A DNA stretch of 64,000 nucleotides from Callorhinchus milii (Eukaryota). The position numbers were made by a program, and so were the translations under genes. The stretch covers positions 31,436,001 through 31,500,000 of the forward strand of contig NW_024704742.1 of assembly GCF_018977255.1 (NCBI RefSeq), given 5' to 3'. Shown piece by piece: positions 39,046 to 51,553 of the stretch. The notes under the pieces were generated by a model. The model saw nothing but the letters and a program-made list of their open reading frames with translations, did no database searches and was not told where the DNA came from. Each line of letters begins with the position of its first letter. The stretch's first letter is position 1.

Positions 39046-40347
39046 GTATGCTGGTATGTAAGGTATATGGGATAAGACAGGGAAATTAGATCAAGGACTT
39101 GCCAGAGACTAAAAGGCAGAGCAGGCTAATTGTCCTTTCCTGTTTCTCTTCCTGTTCCTATATTCCAAGGCCATAATAAACAATGTTTGAAGCCAAATCA
39201 GGTTTCTCGAACCTTCTGTATAATGGGTGGAAGATTTCCAAAAATAAAATAATAATAACAATGATTTTTTTGTTTGATATAGTGTGTATTCTGTTGAAAT
39301 TCTATATTCTAATAAATTAGAATACACATTCTATAGACTATATATTGTATAATGTCTGTTCATCTCAAAGCAGCTCACAGAGTTTGCCTATAAAGTGTAG
39401 TGACAACTTATTTGCAGGCTTATTTGGAAAAAAAAATTAGAAAGTAAAACGATGCTCATAAAGGAAAACAAGAAAGTATTTTCGTTATAAAGAAAGGATT
39501 TTGTGCACGGAATTACAGTGATAGGGAAAGCAAATGCTTGGGAACAGAAATGATTTATTACCCCAGGGGAGACTTCTTTATGGTCACCTTATGTCCAAAA
39601 GAACATCAATGTATTGGAAATAGTTCAGAGAAGAGTGGCAAGGATTATTCCAGGATTTAAGGGCCTAGCTCTCAAGAAAGATTCAGAGATCTAAACTTTC
39701 AATACAGGAAAGAAGATTGAGGAAGGATATGAATACAGATCTTTAAAATGCTGAGATATTATAAAGAACATTCATGCAAGCAAATGTTCCAGGCCTCACT
39801 TCAACCTCATCTATTTACTACAGTGTGCAAAAGATATTCTAATCAGGGTTTAGTATGATCTACTAAAACATTTAACAAATTTAGCACCTCTTTAAAAGTT
39901 TAATAGATTAACAATTACCAACCACAATATTAGGGCTGTTATCACTCACCTCCATGAGTTTGGTTCATGTCACATCAGTCCATGTTAACTGCCATGTTTA
40001 CCTTTCCTTTAACTACAATATTGACATCATAAACTGGTTAATTTTTATTGTCTACAATCTCATTCATTTTTCTTCATATGGCTTGACTATTAATTTTGAG
40101 TTAAATTGAGATAAGCATCTCAGTGTGAACCATGCTACGTGTTTGCTTGATCCATCAGAAACCATTCACCAGTCTGCATTGTTCACCATTTTCAAACAAT
40201 GGTTTACGCTACAACCATTCTCTCTTGTCATCTTGTCAAATCTCAGAAAGGTGGAATTGCTCATTTTACCTCATCACCTCAATACATCATAGAATTTCAC
40301 AACAACAGCAACTTGCATTTATATACCATCCTGCAAGAAAGATTTGT

Positions 40348-40713
40348 GGAATCCCGTAGCTTAGTGTTGAGAGCCCTAGCCTCGCAAGTGAGAGGACCCG
40401 GGTTCAATTCCTAGGCAGGACAAAACATTAGGCAAGTTTCCTTAGTCCACACGTCTCTGTTTACCTAGCAGTAAATAGGAATCCGAATGTTAGTCGATTA
40501 GTGGATCACTTTCCGGGGGTTAATAATCCCTTAAAAAATGGACCCTCAATCTACAGTTTGTGGGACACTGCTGTGGCAATTGGCTGCTGCGTGTTGCATT
40601 TTGGCCACAAAATACGCAGTCAAACCACTTTACAGTATATTCTGTGGAATACTTTGAGACATCTCAACAATATGATTAGGCGCTATATCAAAATGCAAGG
40701 ATTATAATTTTAT
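40348..40713 (+). mobile_element. SINE family A, full-length long form
   Basis: Head GGAATCCCGTAGCTTAGTG..GGGTTCAATTCC; module CTCTGTTTACCTAGCAGTAAATAGGAATCC; tail. Confidence 0.9.
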
Positions 40714-41599
40714 AATGTCTCAGGGCTGTTACAGCATAGAAACAGCCATTTGCACCATCAGGCCTGTGCTGGTGTTTTCTCCTCCTAATGGACCACCTGA
40801 TGTAATCCCATTCCCCTGTCTGCTTCCCCATATCCTTTAATATTGTTTTGTGAGCTCCTGTCTAATTCCCTTTTTAAAACTATGTATGGACTGCCACCAA
40901 ATATCTACTCACAAAATACATGTACATCAAACGCACACACACAGTTCGCCCACAAAATATACACAGACACATACATCTCTTTACAGTCTGTCCTGTGTAA
41001 TGCTTTGAGACTTTTCAAATGTAATTAGGTGCCAAATCAAATGCAAGGACTATTATAAATAAATCAAAATGTGTGCATACTGCAAATTAGAGTACAGTAT
41101 TACATGTCATTTTGGTAAGCGTCGTCTGTGAGCAACCGGTCATAAAACTGGAAATTAAAACACAGTTTTATATAATGTTGATATATTGACAAACAATAGG
41201 AAAAGGATGTCCAGAACCTGGTCAGGCGGTGTCTCAATAAACAATATTTTACCAAAGACCCATCATCCCCTTACTTTCTGGCATATAGCTCAATTTTTTT
41301 ACGTGGTTATTGAACAAGCCAAAGCAACTGGGCAGCAGGGACAGGCCAGACAGAAAATAATTTAAGACAAATGACACGTTAAATGATTCCAAAACAAAAT
41401 TATTACAATTTATCCTATGGGCGTGAAAGCCAATTTCACTGGCTCAAGGATTGATACTCCACAGCTGTGAAAACAACACATACCAGTTGGCAGAATTAAT
41501 TTAAAAGTGTCCCTGTGGTCTACTAAGAGTCATATACTCCTAGAATAAAAAGAATGATGCACAAAGCCAGTGGATCGTCTTTCCCTCATTAGAAACAGT

Positions 41600-41674
41600 G
41601 AGGTGAAATTAGTGGTGTTTCATGACATGTTCTTTGTGATAATTACACGTTAAGAAACACCACAGTTTCACCCC
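41600..41674. repeat. 75-bp imperfect palindrome (mini-MITE)
   Basis: GGTGAAATTAGTGGTGTTTCATGACATGT vs reverse complement of right arm GGTGAAACTGTGGTGTTTCTTAACGTGT. Confidence 0.7.
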
Positions 41675-41703
41675 AGTATTGTTAATTTATATCTCGTACG
41701 CAG

Positions 41704-41900
41704 ATGTCAGCCTGGATTAGGGAGTAGCCTTTTTGCTTTTGGCTCAGAAGTTTGTGGCTTCAAGCCCCATGTTGGGATTTTGAGCTCAAAGTCTTGGCTA
41801 AAACTCCAGTTAGAGATGTTGCCTTTCAGATGAGAAAGTAAATCAAGCTCTTGCCTGTTTAGGTGGATATTAAAGATCACATGTCTCTATTTGAACAATT
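41704..41900 (+). mobile_element. SINE family B 5' part, degenerate
   Basis: TGTCAGCCTGG...CAGAAGTTTGTGGCTTCAAGCCCCA...AGGTGGATATTAAAGATC. Confidence 0.7.
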
Positions 41901-41924
41901 GTTCATTCACTTGATGGTTAGACC

Positions 41925-42318
41925 ATAAGACGTAGAAGCAGGAGTAGACCATTCGGCCCCTCGAGCCTGCCCCGCCTTTTAATAAGATCAAGGCTGATCT
42001 TTTAACCTAATTCCATTTACCTATCCTATCCCCATATTCCTTAATCCCTCTATCCTTTAGAAATCTATCAACCTCAGTCTTGAATATGTTCAAGGACTGA
42101 GCATCCACAGCCTTCTGGGGTAGAGAATTCCACAAATTCACTTCTCTCTGAGTGAAGAAATGTTTCCTCAACTCATTTCAAAAAGGCTGACCCTTAATCT
42201 TGAGACTATGACCCCTAGTTCAAGATTCTCCAACCGGGGAAACAGTCTCATGGCATCTACCCTGTCAAGACCCTTAAGAATCTTATAGGTTTCTATAAGA
42301 TCACCTCTAATTCTTTTA
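41925..42318 (-). mobile_element. CR1 3' fragment, same subfamily as 55635
   Basis: CCATTCGGCCCCTCGAGCCTGCCCCGCC and TTCAAGGACTGAGCATC shared with the large CR1. Confidence 0.92.
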
Positions 42319-44825
42319 TGTGTGTGGAGAAATGAGGCCACAGAGTCCTAACTCCTCCACTAAAGCTATTACTTTAATCTTAGCTCCCTCCTCTTTTCCC
42401 CATCCACTTTTATACTTGTGGAATCAAAGATTCTAACAAATGAATTTACCTGCTACACTTATAAAATATCACATACAATAAAAAGGAATGGTTACGTGAT
42501 ATGCTTTAACTTCACTCAAAAGAAATGTACCTCAAGTGTACGTGAACTAATACCAATATCCATTTAGTTATTAATCACATCTGCCAGGATTGATTTGATG
42601 CATTTTTGTTTGGAAACCAAGATGGCTCAAGGCATCTTTTCTGCTTGTTTTGGTGAATGTTGCATAGTTTAATCCTGTTTATGTGGAGTCACCAAAGGTA
42701 ATATTCCTCACAAAACATCACAAAAAGAGTAAGGTAACAGGTTTAAAATTGATACAACTGCAATAATATACTGAAATATAAAATCAGAAAAAATGCCCAC
42801 TTTGGACAGAAATGAGTGTGAATGGAAGAAAACGACTAGCAAGATAACTTTAATCCACATGAATTTAAAGGAATTACTCATAAAATGTCATATCCAAAAT
42901 GTGATCTCGTTTTAAGCTGTAAGATGATTTTGTTTTAAAATTCAAGACTGTCCTAAATTACGGAAATTCAATCCAATCTGAATTTATAATGATTATTATT
43001 ATGTGTTAAGGCGCTGTATCAAATCCAAGAATTATGATTATGATGGTTATTATTTAACTGCAGAAAAGCAGCTTACAATTTAAGACTGAATTTAAGAATT
43101 TTCCTCAATTCTGGCAATCTAAAATCTTAAGACATGGTGGTCTTAAGGCTAAGATATTTCAGACTTACCAATCGAATATATAGGAAGACATTTCAATTTT
43201 CGTGGATTTTCAAAATGTATTTCTCAAGGGACTTTTCAATAGTAGATTTCTTTTAAGTGATTCATGATGAAAAAAAATTGTAGTTTTTCGTTTATTCATT
43301 CAGGTGCAAATTTTTGCTCATTGTATATTTTATTTAGAATGATCATGTATATCTTACTGGGTCTGCAGTTGCAAAGGTAACATATACCATAGTTATTTTG
43401 TATAACTGTATATAAAATGCTCCAGTTAAATGTTCCCTGTTAAGCAGTTCAGTCTATGATCAGTTTACAAAATAGTTTGGATAGTGCAAATGTCTTTAGC
43501 ACCATTTAAAGTTTCTCAGCAATTCACAACAATTCAGCATGAATTCTACTTAAGTCAATGTTGCATTTTTATGATAAGTGAATGTACATTTTTTAGTAAT
43601 AAAATTATTTTGCATAACAGGCACTGACAAAACTATTTAACATACCTTGTTTTAATGTCCCTAGATGTCAATTGTTTTATCCTAATAACTGCAGGTATAA
43701 TGAAAGTGCTAACAGATGCTTCAGCTAAGCACTGTACTGTGACCACTTTTACATAGAATTATGTACAATTTACAGCATGGAATACTCAGCCAAATTAGTC
43801 TGTGTCAGCGTATAGACTCCACATGCGCCTCCACCTATCCTCATCTCCCCTTCCTATCATCCTCCATACCTTTGTATTCCCTACTCTCTCTTTCATTACT
43901 TGCAAATGGCGACTTTAACCATTCTCTTGTAGATTTTCTCCTAGCGTGAGCAATTTGATCTTGGCTGTCAGATTTGTATGACTTAGCACCCCAGAATCAC
44001 TAGAAGGAAAACCAAGGGAGAGACATTAGTGTATTTGCTCGGCTTGGAGGGGGAAGGCTTCATTAAGGGGAAAGTTCACTGTGAGCCTAAAACCTGTCTA
44101 AGAAAGCTCATACACATGATTGAAAATTGTCATGTCCATGCTGATGTGTCAGGAGGAATCTGCTATCAAAGGGAGTTGTTTTGTGTGTCCTTGTTAGGAA
44201 ATATACTCCAACAACCACAATATACCCTCTCCGCAAACAAAGACTGTGACGTTTGTTCTTTCTCCAGTGAGTTCTATCAACAAATAAAGCCGACGATACT
44301 TTACTTAAACTTAGAGAGACTTTTGTAACTTTTTTATGCATCGCTCTCAGGCAAACATTGCATGGCCAAAAGAATAAATGTGATATGCTTTTGCACATAC
44401 TGTATTTGGTCCCCTGATTTGTATCACAATCATTTGCAGAATTGGCAACAAAATTACTGACCAAATAAACTGCAAAAGTTTTTTGAACACCAACCAAGCA
44501 GGCATGTTGCACTTTCAATTTCAGATTCTCATGTTTTCATGTAAACTGCCCTAAAGGTAATATTCATTGTTTTCAGATTAGTTCTTTGAATTGAATCAAT
44601 GAAAATTGTTCTCATAGGAGGTTTCCTGTGATTAATTGCACTGAGAGATTAAAACAATATTACCATGAACATATAGAATAAAATTACTCCCCCTTTTAGG
44701 ACACGGACAGCAAGGAGTGAAAGGGATTTTATGGAGTCTCGTAAATGCTAACCTGGGATGACTTTACCAGTGAATTTATACTGTGCTATAAAACAAGCAA
44801 AGTTATTTTCACCTAACACTAGATA

Positions 44826-45226
44826 CAGTCAACGCTTGGCTAACCGGACTAATGGGGTATGGGGAGTCCAGTCCGGCTAGCTGGATTCTCCTGAAATGTG
44901 AATCCTAATGGGTAAAATAAATAAAAATAAATCCTCCAAAACATTTAAAATGAATAAAAATAAAATAGCCCCACCCCCACACAACAAAATATTGTAAACC
45001 ACTAATGCAACGCAGCTGTGTTGATGCCCTTGGCAAAAACAAGTAGTGTTAAGATGTGGGCATCCCATGGAGTGCGTGATGTGGCTTGGGTGGGTGTGCG
45101 CCAGGAGAGCTGGGCTGGGGGGTATGTGGAATTGTCGGGGTGGATTTTTGGTTCGTGGAAGTTTTTTCAGACCCAATCTAAATCCAAATTCCACATTTTT
45201 GAATCCGGTTTGCCGGGGGTTAAGTA
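44826..45226. mobile_element. Tc1/mariner (Tigger-like) non-autonomous element
   Basis: TA|CAGTCAACGCTTGGCTAACCGGACT ... AATCCGGTTTGCCGGGGGTTAAGTA|TA; 19/27 inverted match including the TA flanks. Confidence 0.6.
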
Positions 45227-45405
45227 TACATATAGTTTCATTCGCAATCTAATTCTGACATTCAATTCCTAGGTATGTCATGTTGAAATCACCTCAATCC
45301 TAAAGATATCCTGCTTATCTATCCCACCCACCGCCACCCCACCCCCCCACTCCCCCACCCAAACCCCGGAGGATAATCATAAGTTGGTGTTTAGACATCT
45401 GACAA

Positions 45406-45540
45406 ATAATAATAATAATAATCCTTGGATTTCATATAGTGCCTTATCACATCTTCGAGATGTCTCAAAGCGCTTCACAGAATATACTGTAAAATGAATT
45501 GACTTATATTTTGTGGGCAAAACGTGGCCAATTTATTATT
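45406..45540 (-). mobile_element. SINE 3' fragment
   Basis: (AAT)n plus conserved tail. Confidence 0.85.
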
Positions 45541-46180
45541 AATTTATTAAATGCAGGTTTGAGCCTTCACTGGGTAGATGGCAGGTACCAGAATTCCTTG
45601 CACACCTTTTGGTGAGCAATGCAGCTCAGCAGGAAATACGTGAGAACATTGCCACCAAACACCTGCTCCCAGCTCAGGGCACACAGCCCAACCCACTGAA
45701 TGATAGTTTCACCAGTTAAAAGTGCGGAGCTTGAGCAGCAATGACTAAATGTCTCACTAATCTGTTATTTGGTAAACTTAGATGTGGGATGAATACTGAC
45801 CAGGTCATTGAGTGAACTCTCTGGTCTTTTTCAAAATGGTACCACAGGATCTTTAGCATCCATCTGAACCACCAGAAGAGGCAAACAGTTTAACATCTCA
45901 CCTGAAGGACACTATGAACAGATGTGAGTGATATGGTGAGAAGGTGAGTGGGGTTGAGAATGAAAAAGGGGATTAGGTTAATTGGGTCTTGTGGCCTAAG
46001 CATCAGAAATGCTACCTCATGTGAAGGGAGCTATATAAAAACAAGCTGTTGTTGTCTGTTCCTAAAAATTCTAATGTTCTAATTTCTTAACACTGATTTT
46101 GCACAATTAATCTTCAGAACTAGAGAGAAAAGGAATAATTGCAAAAGGTGCTAGTCAGTATCTAAAAGAGTAAGACAGGT

Positions 46181-46489
46181 TATAATAATCCTTGCATTTG
46201 ATATAGTGCCTCATTACATCTTCTAGATGTCTCAAAGCGCTTCACAGAATAGACTGTAAAGTGAATTGACTGTATTTTTGTGGGCGAAACGCAGCAGACA
46301 ATTGCACACAGCAGTGTTCCACAAACAGTCGTGGATTGAAATGACCAATTTATTATTGTGTTTTTTGAGAGATTAATATCAGGAGTGTGAAGTAAGGAAA
46401 CTTGCCCAAGGTTTCGCCCTGTGCCTGGAATGGAACTCAGGTCTCTCACTTGCAAAGCGAGTGCTCTAACCACTGAGCTACAGGACTCC
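46181..46489 (-). mobile_element. SINE family A, full-length short form
   Basis: Colinear with 16272-16585. Confidence 0.93.
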
Positions 46490-48061
46490 ACTCCAGGTTG
46501 AAGAAGTTAATGTTTACAATGCGTTACCTCTTTGCATTTCACAGGTTACTCCTGAGCCACAGGTAGCAAAAATTTACATTAACAAGGCCCCGCACACAGC
46601 TGTGAGGTGGATGGCTAATTTTATCTGTAGGATTAGCAAGTACGGAAGGAGAAACACATTCTCTTTTTGAAGAGTGCTATGGGATCTTTAATGCCCACCT
46701 TGAGGTACAGGCAGGCAGGACCTCCAGTTAAAGTCTCATCCGAAAGACAGGTTAATGTTTGAGGTGTTACCTTGAGACAGCTGACCTTGGCTAGGTAGGT
46801 GATTGGGGGGGGCTATAATTTTCCAATGGTCAATAAATTTGTGGACGTTAGAAGTATGAAAACACGGCTTCAATACATCAAGTTAGAGCTGAGATCTCAT
46901 GGGTCAGAGTGTTGTATGTGAGATTGCCTGCTGGAAATTCACTCTACCTCCCCGGATGCTTCTTTGCCTTTGAAGTTGTGGTTTTCCCAATGAATGTATC
47001 CCCCCATCCCCCACCACCACCACCACCCTCCCCATTGTATATAGAATATGATAAATGCCAAGTTATTGTTTGTTCCAGATCTGTATATTTTACGCACACC
47101 AAGAATGTGAGGACTTTTTTAATGTTTTAGTTTTAAACAATGCACTGAGATCCTTTTCAAAACTGAACTGAAAGGTTTGTACGATTCGTTCATGGAACAT
47201 GAATCTGTAGATTACTTGGTTAGAGAATAGAATTGAACCATTGGAAAGAAATATAAGAGGGCAAGACCTTTAGCAGAAAGCTATGTACGTGAAACACAAA
47301 TTTACAGAAGTCAATTCACTTCAAGTCAACTCAAGGCAAATCTACTCAATACAAGTGTTGCAGCAGCACAAAAACAATCTCATCTTCAAAATAGATGTGC
47401 AAAGTTAAACTGGTCTCTGTACTCAGTTGTATTTACAGAAAGTCAAATGAAAGGGACATCAACCTTGTTTAGTACATTGAATGCTTTTAACAATTGTCAT
47501 TGATAAGTCTTCAACTAACCAAGATCAATGTTAGAGGTGATATTGTTTGTTTAGTGTGCTCACTGCTTATGATGGGTTGCATTTGAGCACAAGCACATTA
47601 TGTGCATTATTCATCGGCTACATTTGCGGGGACATGCATGTGTATAGGGAGCTAATGATCCATGTTAAATTTATGATGCTATAAAAGAGAAAAATACTCT
47701 TTGTCTACAACCGTGACGGAAGTGACCAATTTTGATGTAACAGTAAAGAATAAAACCCCATAAGATGGATCGTTTTGCTGTTTCAGTGCTGTGTTGGAGA
47801 AATCCAAACCATGTGGATAAAACACTGCATATGTTAACTTTATTAAAGCAGCTTCTGACAGGCACTGAACAGCCATACTGCAAGTGTCTAAAAAGTCAAG
47901 ACCTTCAGTATAACAAATTGATTAACTGACTAGGTAATAGTCTCTTTAAACAAATCTTGCGTAACAAGTTAATAGATCTGCTCTATCGGAATACTGCAAC
48001 AATCAGGTGATCGTTTTAACCATTTATTTGTCAACCTGCCCAAAACATTACTATCTTATCC

Positions 48062-48256
48062 GAAATAAAAACAGAAGTCGCTGGGAACACCCAGCAGGTC
48101 AGGCAGCATCTATGGCGTTTCAGGTTGATGACCTTCCCTCAGAACTGAAACGTTATCTCGCTTTCCTCTCTCCATGGATGATGTCTGACCTGACCTTGGA
48201 ATGTTCTCAGTCCCAGCGACTTCAGTTTTTATTTCAGATTTCCAGCATCTGCAGTA
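48062..48256. mobile_element. Penelope-like inverted pLTR remnant
   Basis: Inverted arms 48062-48086 / 48211-48235 match 24/25; CAGGTCAGGCAGCATC / GATGATGTCTGACCTG; minus-strand CTGAGGG-AAGGT-CATCA-ACCT-GAAACG hammerhead-like core. Confidence 0.7.
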
Positions 48257-48805
48257 CTTTGCCTACCTTAACCAAGCTTGTTTTGTTTACTAAGATGCTA
48301 TGTGAAATGTGAGGGGTTCTCTGCTGGTCGTGGTGTGAAAGGTTAATGAGCAGCCTTCCTCTGTGGCCAACTTGTGTGTTGAAATGGGATTGTCTTGCAG
48401 GTGACAATCTTATGTCAGAACGTGCACTGGGGATCCAGTGTGATCTGATGCTTGGCTTGTTTAACTTTGTTTAGCTGTCTGGAAATTGCCAAGTATTCTT
48501 CTGATCTGTTTAGTTTACTGATGGCTTTTGGAAGGAAGGCTAGTCTTTCCTGAGATTGTGTGCACTGTTTAAATAGCACATGAGCAAGCAGTGAGATATG
48601 AATAGATCTCATGCCTTCAGGGATTGTACAATAGGAATTCTCACTATAATCTGTGTTCCATGGATTAAATCTTTCTGTGTTTATTGAATCACTCTGAACT
48701 TATTCGGGTTCAGTTGACCTGGGAAATATTTGATCCTGTAAAACTTCCATTTCCTGAAGAAAGTGTGGGAGAGGCTGGAAATGACATGGAATCCAGTGAA
48801 TATGT

Positions 48806-49018
48806 AGAGAGGAATTCCATCTGGTTTACAGATTCACTCTATTTATGGTGGCATTTCACAGCATCCAGAAATTGGCAAATTTCTAGATTCAGTCTTAACT
48901 TTGAAGTCAGTTTTCCATTGTTTTTAAAAAATAATTAATAGAAAACAGGTTTCAAAATTCTGGACTTGGTGACTGAAATGCTATATAAATAGAGTGAATC
49001 TAGGTGGAATTTCTCCCC
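48806..49018. mobile_element. Foldback MITE family M1, copy 3
   Basis: GAATTCCATCT..AGATTCACTCTATTTAT..GCATTTCA is inverse to TGAAATGC..ATAAATAGAGTGAATCT.AGGTGGAATTTCTCCCC. Confidence 0.8.
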
Positions 49019-49569
49019 ACTGTAGAGAGCTTGTCACTATGCTGAAAGGAAACACTACTGAAAGGTTGAGCGCTCAATATAGAGGAGAGGGGGCAAGGGT
49101 CTGATTAATATGAATCAGGTCTTGCTTGGAAACAAGGGACAGTTTGGAGATTTTCAACTTTTACCACCCATCATTCATTTTATCTATTTAATTTTTTAAA
49201 AAAGCACTGCATTTCTGTTTGTCTTTTTTGCTGACTGTGCAACCTTGAGTGAAAGTGCAGATAAGTTTGAAGCAAGTTCCACAAGGCTGCACTGCTCACT
49301 CTGAACATCATCATCAACAACAACAACTTGTACTTATATAGCGCCCTCTAGACAGTGTAGGGTCTCAGTGAGCTTAAACATAATTGGTCTATAATCTCAC
49401 ATCCGAAGACCTTGCTTCCAGCACCTCCCTTTTCGGCAACACCTTTCTCACTGTTTTAGGAGTTGTTTTGTGTTTGAAGTAATGAAGGGCTATAAAAAGT
49501 ACCAGCACTTTTCAGCAATAGAATACAAAGATTCTAAGAATAAGGGGAAAAAGCTTGTGTCTCACCATG

Positions 49570-49990
49570 GGTATATGCAGCTGTGGGTGGGCTATTCAAT
49601 CCATACCAGCTAGAAGCTCCAGGTTTGATCCCTGGTCTGTGCTGAGTTCAGGCATGGCTAAGGTAATTATAAAATGATATAACGTTCCTGATCTCATTCA
49701 AATGAACCCCCTTACCTCCACCGCCGCCCCCCCCCCCCCCCCCACCCAACCCACCACCCACTGCTATGTACAGTCTGGAACATTCAAACCAACTAGTCCA
49801 TCTCAGAGGTAGATGTGGAATGAGGATAGGAATGAGCTCAGGTATGTTGCCCCTCACATTTGAAGAGCCTGCTGACACTCAGTGTCTAAACTCATACATA
49901 AAGATTGCCCACTTTGGTTCTGCATGGATGTATAAGATTTGAAATGGGATTGAGAAAGGCAACTCAGAACAATACTTTCAAATACTTTCG
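49570..49990 (+). mobile_element. Old SINE family C
   Basis: CCAGGTTTGATCCCTGGTCTGTGCTGAGTT head and GAAGAGCCTGCTGACACTC core, inverse to the 19040 copy. Confidence 0.6.
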
Positions 49991-50042
49991 AAATGATAGC
50001 AGAACAAAACAGAACATGCCAACTACACTTTCTGGAACAGTT

Positions 50043-50432
50043 GGTGGCCGGGCTCAATTGCTAGCACTCTTGCCTCTGAGTCAGAAAGTTATGGACTCGA
50101 ACCGTACATTTGGACTTTGAACTCACAAAGGCTAAACTGACACTCCAATGCAGTGTTGGGGATGGGGGAGAGTCCTGCATTCCTGGAGGTGCCATCCTTT
50201 GGTTGAGGTGTTAAACTGAGGTCCCATTTGCTTGTTCAGGTGGATGGTAAAAAATTCCATGGCACGATTTGAAAAGAGAATTGAGTTTCTCCTGGTGTCC
50301 TGGCCAACGATTCCCCAAATAAATTGATCTTTTGCTTCATAGCTGTTTTTGGGACATTGCTGCTTGAAATAGGCTGTCCTATTTGCCTCCAAAATGCACT
50401 GTACAGTAATTACTGTGAATCTCTTTGAGACA
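50043..50432 (+). mobile_element. SINE family B, near full-length
   Basis: GGCTCAATTGCTAGCACTCTTGCCTCTGAGTCAGAAAG head plus body. Confidence 0.85.
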
Positions 50433-50825
50433 TGGGTGGGTGAAAGTGGCAAGACTAGTTTAAAAGAGCTGAAGTGGGCAGACAGGTCAGAGCACAGAGA
50501 GAAAGATTAACTCACAGGACAGGCAGCTCCCACCTTGGGTGAGTGGGAACGTAAGGTCGCATTTAATTAAATTTCCAGTGTTTTATGGGTTTCTGGGATG
50601 TCAGAGAGACTGAAATATTTGTTCGAGTATGGAATTTTTTTATGATATGAAGAAATATTATCTAGCTGAGCGCCGTGAACATTTGGTAATCACAAAGACA
50701 CAGACAGATTGACAGTAAGGATGCAGCTCTTGCTCAGCAATCTCTCCCACCAACCCCCAGCAACTCATGGAGTGAAACAATTTTGCATGCTCAGAACGAA
50801 GCCTGGTACAAAGTTTAAAATCTTT

Positions 50826-51250
50826 ATAATAATAATCCTTGCATTTGATATAGTGCCTTATCACATCATCGAGACGTCTCAAGGATGCTTCACTGCATAT
50901 ACTGTAAAGGGTTTGACTGTTTTTTTGTATGTGGGCGAAATGCAGCAGCCAGTTGCACATCGCAATGTCCCACAAAACAGCCTTGGAGTGGGGGAACTAT
51001 TTTATTTGAGGGATTGTTGGCCAGGAAATGGGAGAAACTCCCTTCTATTTTCATAAAGTGCCATGGGATCTTTATCGTATACTGGACAGGACCTCAGTTT
51101 AATGTCTCACCTGAAGGTTGACACCTCTTGCAGTGCCTCCTGCACTGCATTGACGTGTCATCTTAGATAATGTGATTCCCGAGGTGGGGCTTGCACCCAT
51201 AACCTTCTGACTCAGATGTGAGAGTGCCACCACAGAGCCAGGCTGACACA
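50826..51250 (-). mobile_element. SINE family B, full-length
   Basis: Tail through to head CAGAGCCAGGCTGACAC. Confidence 0.9.
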
Positions 51251-51269
51251 TATCTTTCTCTTACGTCAG

Positions 51270-51553
51270 AAAGGGAATTTCTCCTGGTGTCCTGGCCAAT
51301 ATTCTTCCACATAAAACCATTTCATGGTTCTTTGTGGACACTGCTATGCATAAATTGGCTGCCAGGTGGGATTGATTTGGATAGCCCTTTTCAAAGACAC
51401 ACGATGGGCCAAATAGCCTTCCTCTCTGCTGTATAATTCTATATTTGCCTACAAATACACAGTCACTGCATTTTACTCTAAATCCCATGAAGTGCTTTAA
51501 ATTTTTGAACGATGTGATAAGGCACTCAATCAAATGCAAGGATTATTATTATT
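51270..51553 (+). mobile_element. SINE family B 3' half, with a ~50-bp CR1 3'-tip inside (~51395-51440)
   Basis: TTCTCCTGGTGTCCTGGCCAA...; internal GATGGGCCAAATAGCCTTCCTCTCTGCTGTATAATTCT. Confidence 0.75.
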
